Source: Arcobacter sp.
GTDB lineage: Bacteria > Campylobacterota > Campylobacteria > Campylobacterales > Arcobacteraceae
NCBI GenBank assembly: GCA_965662175.1
Contig: CBFIGT010000024.1
Location: 1-25,586 of the forward strand
Reading direction: 5' to 3'
DNA: 25,586 nt
The stretch's first letter is position 1, and every line of letters starts with the position of its first letter. Below the pieces are notes generated by a model. That model was not told where the DNA came from and searched no databases. It saw nothing but the letters and a program-made list of their open reading frames with translations. Shown one piece after another: positions 20,395 to 25,586 of the stretch. Position numbers and translations under genes: made by a program.

Positions 20395-20496
20395 TTATAA
20401 TAGGAAGAGTAATGAATCCTAGCACTGAATAGATAAATCTATCAGTGAAGTTAAAATTTAGGGGCAGAATACTTAATTATATTCTAATAGTTAGGT
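20395..20496 (+). repeat. Doubtful degenerate attC-like hairpin closing cassette 3
   Basis: Ends in GTTAGGT (GTTRRRY, 20490-20496). TAGGAAGAGTAAT pairs imperfectly with ATTATATTCTA and there is an inner CACTGA/TCAGTG stem, but no AAC box. Confidence 0.3.
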
Positions 20497-20521
20497 AAAT
20501 TCGTAATTTGAGAACGAATAT

Positions 20522-20857
20522 CTAAAATATAATACTCTTTGTAATTCCCAATACTTGGTTCAAAATTTCATTATCAACTTTTTCTACAAATTTAACTTTT
20601 CTAGCATTGTAATCTATTGATTTAATTTGTTCTGTCATGATAAAACCTGTAAGTTTTTCGCTTTCAATTTTTACATGAAAAGGGAAGTTTCTATCTGTAT
20701 TTGTTATTGGACAAGCTATTGCTAGACCTAAGGCTTTATTAAATGCTTCATTGCTTATTATTAGTGCTGGTCTTCGTCCTTTTTGCTCATCTCCTGATGA
20801 TGGGTCGAATGTAAGTATTACTAAATCTCCTTTTTTAGGAATATAATTACCTACCAT
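20522..20857 (-). CDS. mazF: MazF/PemK-family endoribonuclease toxin
   Basis: GDLVILTFDPSSGDEQKGRRPALIIS, ACPIT, EQIKSID. Confidence 0.93.
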   Translation of the reverse strand: MVGNYIPKKGDLVILTFDPSSGDEQKGRRPALIISNEAFNKALGLAIACPITNTDRNFPFHVKIESEKLTGFIMTEQIKSIDYNARKVKFVEKVDNEILNQVLGITKSIIF

Positions 20858-21096
20858 TCTTCTTTACCTATTTTTTCATCGAATTCCTCATTTGCTTTAT
20901 AATCTTTTGGTATTTTTGATAATAATTCATTTAAATCATATTTTGGAAGTTCTTTTTTTATAGGTTCTAAAATAGCTTTTCCATCTTTTATACTAATATT
21001 GACACTATCACCAACATTTAAGTGTAAATCATCCATTAGATCTTTTGGTACTCTAATTCCATGTGAGTTTCCCCATTTTGATATTTTAGCAGTCAT
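20851..21096 (-). CDS. mazE: MazE/AbrB-family antitoxin
   Basis: KWGNSHGIRVPK, YDLNELL, C-terminal GKEEW; overlaps the toxin start; GAGGAG SD. Confidence 0.93.
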   Translation of the reverse strand: MTAKISKWGNSHGIRVPKDLMDDLHLNVGDSVNISIKDGKAILEPIKKELPKYDLNELLSKIPKDYKANEEFDEKIGKEEW

Positions 21097-21110
21097 TTTA
21101 ACTCCTCGTT

Positions 21111-21149
21111 GTATATCCGAAGTATATCTATAATTTAGATTATTGTCAA
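21111..21149 (-). promoter_or_regulatory. mazEF promoter with operator-like repeats
   Basis: TTGACA (21149-21144), 17-nt spacer, TATACT (21126-21121); GATATAC twice (21128-21122, 21117-21111) over the -10 and start site. Confidence 0.8.
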
Positions 21150-21294
21150 TTTATAAAGCTTTGTATAAAGAGTAAAATAAAATAGAGTGATAATTTATAA
21201 CAAATTGTAATACTTTTCCTTAGTTATTCTTTTTTTCTGTATACTTCATATAATTAAAACAGAGGTTATTACAATCGAAGATAAGGAAAAAACT

Positions 21295-21624
21295 GTGAAT
21301 GGAAATATTGAGGTTACATATAAAGTTGTTAATCAAAATGATTTAAACTTAGCTATTAGTCTAAATGAGCTTTTAAAAAATGAAAAAATTGTTAAACTAA
21401 TTAAGAGTGAATTTGCGAAAGGTTATCGTAATATTGATTTAAAAATTGATTCTGAATTAAGTGATAAATTTAAACTTGAAACTATAAAAGAGCTTTACTC
21501 TTTTACTATTTTAAAAGATGATTTTGCAGATATTATTAGCTTAGCTGAAGAGGATGCTAATAATAAAAAACTACTAAAGAAAGATTGTTTTATTGAACTT
21601 GTTGATATAAAAACTATAGAGTAA
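21295..21624 (+). CDS. Hypothetical protein
   Basis: 109-aa ORF, GTG start after AAGGA; no recognised motif. Confidence 0.7.
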   Translation: MNGNIEVTYKVVNQNDLNLAISLNELLKNEKIVKLIKSEFAKGYRNIDLKIDSELSDKFKLETIKELYSFTILKDDFADIISLAEEDANNKKLLKKDCFIELVDIKTIE

Positions 21625-21640
21625 TTTGTTTGAAAATATT

Positions 21641-21669
21641 ATATTCATCCCCTTTGGGGGAATGAATAT
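21641..21669. terminator. Hairpin between convergent genes (probable bidirectional terminator)
   Basis: ATATTCAT-CCCC-TTT-GGGG-GA-ATGAATAT. Confidence 0.65.
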
Positions 21670-22163
21670 TAAAATTTTGTTTCAACTAATTTTACCCAAT
21701 TTTCAATTCTAGCTTTTGTTAAATTCTCTTGATTAACATCATCAAGAACTAAACCAATAAACTCATCATTTACTACAGCTGTTGAATCTTCAAATTCATA
21801 CCCATCTGTTGATGTTTGTCCAATAATATTTGCATTTTTTACATACTTATATAGATGTCCTAAGGCATTACAAAATGTATCAGAATAATCTTCTTGATCA
21901 CCAAGTCCAATTAGGGCAACTGTTTTATTTGAAAAATCAATATTCTCAAGGTTATTTTCAAAATCTTCCCAATCAGATTGTAAATCTCCATCTCCCCAAG
22001 TAGGTGAAGCTAATATTAGCTTATCATAAGATTCAATATCCTCTTTTTTTGAATTTGAAATATTAAAAATATCTATTTCTAATGTAAAACTCTCTTTTAA
22101 TATTTTTATAATCTCTTCTGTAGTTCCTGTATCACTACCATAAAATAGTCCAATTTTTTCCAT
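21669..22163 (-). CDS. fldA: Long-chain flavodoxin
   Basis: GLFYGSDTGTT, PTWGDGDLQSDW, GLGDQEDYSDTF, FIGLVLD. Confidence 0.93.
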   Translation of the reverse strand: MEKIGLFYGSDTGTTEEIIKILKESFTLEIDIFNISNSKKEDIESYDKLILASPTWGDGDLQSDWEDFENNLENIDFSNKTVALIGLGDQEDYSDTFCNALGHLYKYVKNANIIGQTSTDGYEFEDSTAVVNDEFIGLVLDDVNQENLTKARIENWVKLVETKF

Positions 22164-22206
22164 AAAAAATCCTTTATATTTATTTTAAAATGAAAATATA
22201 ACATAA

Positions 22207-22249
22207 AAATTCTTTAAATAGGACAAAAATAGTCCTATTTAAAGAATTT
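22207..22249. repeat. Perfect 18-bp inverted repeat with a 7-nt spacer in a divergent promoter region
   Basis: AAATTCTTTAAATAGGAC-AAAAATA-GTCCTATTTAAAGAATTT. Confidence 0.9.
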
Positions 22250-22342
22250 AAGAACTAATCTTTTTTTATATCTAAATAAAAGATGAAAAATTTATTATAT
22301 TTTGCTACTATATAGATTAGTTTTTATTTACTAGGAGTGTTT

Positions 22343-22600
22343 ATGTCATATTTTGTTTATATTCTTAAATGCAATGATGGAAGTTTATATACAGGAATTG
22401 CAAAAGATTTAGAGAAACGTTTAGATGAGCATAATAGTAAAGATTGTGGTGCAAAATATACAAAGGCTAGGCGACCTGTAAAACTTATATATAAAGAATC
22501 ATCAATAAATAGAAGTAGTGCATCAAAAAGAGAGTATGAGATTAAAAAGCTTAGTAGATTAAAAAAATTAGAACTAATAGAAACAAAGAGCCTTATTTGA
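22343..22600 (+). CDS. Small GIY-YIG nuclease (YhbQ/YazA-like)
   Basis: YFVYILKCNDGSLYTGI, RLDEHN, GAKYTKARRP, REYEIK; ATG at 22343 is 5 nt after AGGAG. Confidence 0.9.
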   Translation: MSYFVYILKCNDGSLYTGIAKDLEKRLDEHNSKDCGAKYTKARRPVKLIYKESSINRSSASKREYEIKKLSRLKKLELIETKSLI

Positions 22601-22660
22601 TATGATATAATAATTGATTGCTTAGAGTTTGATTTTTTATTTAAAAGAGAAAGGAAAAGT

Positions 22661-22921
22661 ATGTTTTACGAAAAAATAAAAGAGTATTATAAATTACTAA
22701 AAGAGAAAAAAATTGATAAATACTTAATAATAACAGGTATTGTAGGTGTAATTATTGGCTTTGTATTTTCTGTTTCTATTATTAATCAGATATTTGTGTG
22801 GCCTATTTTATTTGGTATTTGTATAAAATTATATGATTTTACTGAAAAAATAGAGAGGGATATTGTTCCTTATGATTTTAATAATTTATTGCCACCACCC
22901 AAAAAAAATAAAAAAGTATAA
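22661..22921 (+). CDS. Hypothetical two-TM membrane protein
   Basis: Two hydrophobic segments; AAGGA SD. Confidence 0.7.
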   Translation: MFYEKIKEYYKLLKEKKIDKYLIITGIVGVIIGFVFSVSIINQIFVWPILFGICIKLYDFTEKIERDIVPYDFNNLLPPPKKNKKV

Positions 22922-22930
22922 AGGATAGAA

Positions 22931-23296
22931 GTGATTAAAAAGATAAATAATGAAATAAACGATTTTACAAGTGCTATAAAAGAAGTTAAGGGTTGTGATG
23001 ATATGTTAAATTATATAAATAGTAATATTTATGCAAGTATCAAACTTCTTATGTTTGCTTCAAAAACTTTTTCTACTTATGCTAGAGTTTTACTCTTTTT
23101 TATTATATCACTTACAGGTTTACTTACTTTATCAAGTATTAGTACAGGTGGAGTTAATACGGGCTTATTAGCTATAAATATTGCTTTATTTGCTTTAATA
23201 CTATTTTTTATTATGCAGTGTAAAAGTTATTTGATTTTAAGTATAAAAAATAAAAGAACTTCAATGGAAGAGAGTAAAAAAGAGTCTATGAAATGA
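22931..23296 (+). CDS. Hypothetical two-TM membrane protein
   Basis: GTG start after AAGGA; two hydrophobic helices. Confidence 0.7.
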   Translation: MIKKINNEINDFTSAIKEVKGCDDMLNYINSNIYASIKLLMFASKTFSTYARVLLFFIISLTGLLTLSSISTGGVNTGLLAINIALFALILFFIMQCKSYLILSIKNKRTSMEESKKESMK

Positions 23297-23298
23297 TT

Positions 23299-23529
23299 TT
23301 AAATCTTTTTATAGACTTTTCCATTAAAGGATAAGATGCTCTCTAAGGCAATCTCTTCTTTTGTTTTTAGAACTAAATACTCTTTATGATTTTTTAGTTT
23401 AAGCTCTATAACTAGAGCTTTTATCTCTTTTTTTTCTTCATCTTTTATATAAATAATAGTTGAGGGAATTTTCCTTTGAATAGCTACTTCTAATTGGTCA
23501 AAAAACTCTAATGATATTGGATTATACAT
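23299..23529 (-). CDS. Rof/YaeO-like Rho-binding antiterminator family protein
   Basis: MYNPISLEFFDQLEVA...KEYLVL...IALESILSF resembles Rof (YQPI..YD.LE...EYL...RLD.I.SF). ATG at 23529 overlaps the upstream stop. Confidence 0.6.
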   Translation of the reverse strand: MYNPISLEFFDQLEVAIQRKIPSTIIYIKDEEKKEIKALVIELKLKNHKEYLVLKTKEEIALESILSFNGKVYKKI

Positions 23530-23812
23530 TTTTGTTTTTAGAAAAATCATAAGATGCTATATGATTATTTATATGCTCTTCTAAAGCTAATTTATACTCT
23601 TTAGCAAAATACTCAATAACATCTTTTTTTGCATCTTCCATATCTCCTGCTGTTTCAAAAGAAGAAGCTGCCATCCATGTACTAAATCTTGTTGAAGCAT
23701 ACATAAGTGATGCACTAACTTCACCTAAAGTTAAGTTACTATTTAATTGATTATTAGCAAGCTCTATATGTTCATCTGCTCTTTGTAAAAACTCATTTGT
23801 TTTTTCACTCAT
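23522..23812 (-). CDS. DUF3144-like protein
   Basis: FLQRADEHIELANNQ...GEVSASLMYASTRF pattern. Confidence 0.7.
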   Translation of the reverse strand: MSEKTNEFLQRADEHIELANNQLNSNLTLGEVSASLMYASTRFSTWMAASSFETAGDMEDAKKDVIEYFAKEYKLALEEHINNHIASYDFSKNKNV

Positions 23813-23978
23813 TATTATTTCCTTAAAATTTTTTAAATTATAGTAAAATAAAACTTCTAATATAATTTTTGGTAAAGTTTATTTTACTATTTTAAAGAGA
23901 TTTTAAATAATACTCTTTTTAGTTGAAAAGTTTTGCAAGTTTAATTCATATTAAAAAGATATTTATATAAAATAACCA

Positions 23979-24914
23979 ATGATTTTAAAAATATTACTAC
24001 TAACTATAACTCTCTTAACATCATCAATTGCCTCTTTTCAAAAGGTAAAAATTGGCAAAATTGATACTTACTACCATGATAAAATAACATTAATACAGTT
24101 AGAAAATATTGTAAAAGAGGTAGAACAGACCTTTGAAACACAATTAGGTTTTGATGTTTTTGATTTATCATATGATGGAAAACCTATTGATATTCTTTAT
24201 TTACCTGCTTCTACACTTGAAAAAAAGATTAATAGAAAGATAGAAAGATTTGATAATAAAAGAGCAAAAATCGAGAAAATAAAAGACTCTTTTCCCCAAA
24301 AAAAAGCTGAAGTAGACTCTTTACAAGCTCAATATGATTTAAAATCAAAATATCTAAATGATAAAATTTCAGAGTTAAATAAGTTTATTGAAGATGCAAA
24401 TAAAAAGAGTTATTCAAGACAAAAATATGATGAGATAAAAAATTACATTAGACTAAAAAAAGAGGATATTAAAAAAGATACAAAAGAAAAAAAATCTTTA
24501 GAAAGAGAGCTTCGAAGAGCAATATTAAAATATAACAATAATATTTTAAAATTTAATAATCTCATAAGAGATGCAAAGTTTTTGTCAGCTGAAATTGAGT
24601 CTTTAAGTAGAAATAATAAAGTTGTAAAAGGTAGAACATTTGGAGAGCAAGAGATTGTAATGAAAACATATTTCAAAGATGGCAAAAAAGTTAGTGAAAA
24701 AGATGTAATTAGTAGTATGAACAAGATTGAGATTTATAATTTTGAATCAATAAATCAATTAAAAGCTGTAATTGCCCATGAAATAGGACATTTAGTTGGT
24801 ATTCCCCATATAAATGAAAAGGGCGCTTTGATGCATCCTTTACTGCAAAAAGAGCAATTAAAAGAGCTTTATCTTAGTAATGAAGATTTAATAAATTTTA
24901 GAAATAATTTTTAA
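23979..24914 (+). CDS. Exported matrixin-like (metzincin) metalloprotease with a coiled-coil region
   Basis: Signal peptide, long K/E-rich helical region, HEIGHLVGIPH zinc motif and ALM Met-turn. Confidence 0.85.
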   Translation: MILKILLLTITLLTSSIASFQKVKIGKIDTYYHDKITLIQLENIVKEVEQTFETQLGFDVFDLSYDGKPIDILYLPASTLEKKINRKIERFDNKRAKIEKIKDSFPQKKAEVDSLQAQYDLKSKYLNDKISELNKFIEDANKKSYSRQKYDEIKNYIRLKKEDIKKDTKEKKSLERELRRAILKYNNNILKFNNLIRDAKFLSAEIESLSRNNKVVKGRTFGEQEIVMKTYFKDGKKVSEKDVISSMNKIEIYNFESINQLKAVIAHEIGHLVGIPHINEKGALMHPLLQKEQLKELYLSNEDLINFRNNF

Positions 24915-24979
24915 ATAATCAGTAATTTACTCTTTATTAAAATTTTAATACAATACAAAAAAATAAATAAGGTAAGAGT

Positions 24980-25192
24980 ATGGGGAATGCAGATAATAGT
25001 AGTGTAAAATCAAATGATGGTAAAAAACTAGCTAGTAAAGGAAGTCAAGATAGAGTTGGATTTTCTCAAGAAAGATATGAAAATGAGCAGATTTTAAATG
25101 CTAGAAAAGCAGAACATCTTAGATTAGCTAGGGAAAAAGCTAGAAAAAAAGCTAAAATGGCTAAGGCTTCAAGAAAGAAAAATAAAAAATAA
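24980..25192 (+). CDS. Small basic hypothetical protein
   Basis: 70-aa ORF with a Lys/Arg/Ala-rich C-terminus and AAGG SD. Confidence 0.6.
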   Translation: MGNADNSSVKSNDGKKLASKGSQDRVGFSQERYENEQILNARKAEHLRLAREKARKKAKMAKASRKKNKK

Positions 25193-25220
25193 AAAACTTA
25201 TTTATCTTTTAAGCTATGGT

Positions 25221-25259
25221 TTAGAACATTTGCTCTAAAATTTAGAATAAATGTTCTAG
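25221..25259. promoter_or_regulatory. Tandem palindromic operator-like sites upstream of the TetR gene
   Basis: TTAGAACATTTGCTCTAA (25221-25238) and TTAGAATAAATGTTCTAG (25242-25259); consensus TAGAACA-N2-TGTTCTA. Confidence 0.7.
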
Positions 25260-25266
25260 GATATAA

Positions 25267-25586
25267 ATGGCTACTACAAAAGATAAAATATTAGAAACTT
25301 CAATTGACCTTTTTAATGAAAAAGGTTGTCTAAATACTTCAACAAGGCATATTTCAGAAAAACTTGGTATTAGTGTTGGTAATTTGTATTATCACTTTAA
25401 AAATAAAGAAGAGATATTAATAGAGATTTTTATTAATTATGTAAATACTATTTTTAAAGAGGTAAAGGCAATAAACTATGATAAAGATGAGATTTTTTTA
25501 TTAAAAGATTTTTTACTTAATAATCTTGAAACAGATATAAGATATAGATTTTTACATCTTGAGTTAAATTTACTACTAATTACTTT
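25267..25586 (+). CDS. TetR/AcrR-family regulator, partial (runs off window end)
   Basis: Not in the ORF track. Manual translation MATTKDKILETSIDLFNEKGCLNTSTRHISEKLGISVGNLYYHFKNKEEIL. Confidence 0.93.
   Translation, partial: MATTKDKILETSIDLFNEKGCLNTSTRHISEKLGISVGNLYYHFKNKEEILIEIFINYVNTIFKEVKAINYDKDEIFLLKDFLLNNLETDIRYRFLHLELNLLLIT

Larger units (their letters stand above)
14824..21149. mobile_element. Decayed chromosomal integron / cassette array (right boundary uncertain)
   Basis: intI remnant, GTT core at 15056, attC-like sites at 15627-15695 and 18784-18838, and co-oriented accessory genes between housekeeping-type flanks. Confidence 0.75.

Noticed and set aside
14680..21290. IS element or target-site duplication bounding the island
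   Set aside because: No transposase, terminal inverted repeats or duplicated guaB 3' end seen by eye.
22180..22205. Fur box at fldA
   Set aside because: Only a half-site-like AATGAAAAT in very AT-rich DNA; not supportable.
22343..22600. GIY-YIG gene as a homing endonuclease or part of the defence island
   Set aside because: Stand-alone ~85-aa YhbQ/YazA type, outside the attC-bounded region.

Overview
AT-rich chromosomal window from a Campylobacterota bacterium, most likely Arcobacteraceae (inferred from protein style and the hemL/AtpZ and gatA-guaB gene order). Bases 1-14.7 kb are housekeeping: partial TonB-like gene, hemL, ppnP, an AtpZ/AtpI-like gene, rpoD, leuD-leuB, a DHH phosphoesterase, a HIT protein, rpmJ-rpsM-rpsK-rpsD-rpoA-rplQ behind a highly structured ~250-nt leader, and gatA-guaB. 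After the guaB terminator (~14.8-21.15 kb) lies an accessory island that reads as a decayed integron. It has an eroded intI N-terminal remnant on the minus strand, a candidate attI core, and attC sites (one canonical, one damaged, one doubtful). The cassettes carry (1) a frameshifted secreted protein, (2) a HEPN-like protein coupled to an 853-aa double ATPase (KGGxGR ParA/MinD-like domain plus a second P-loop NTPase) and (3) a PRTase plus SLOG-fold pair, followed by an inverted mazEF module. Cassettes 2 and 3 are candidate anti-phage systems, and cassette 2 is the best candidate for an undescribed one. The rest holds flavodoxin, a GIY-YIG protein, a Rof-like protein, a DUF3144-like protein, a metzincin protease and a partial TetR gene with tandem operator-like palindromes. 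All family calls are from motif recognition by eye; no searches were run.
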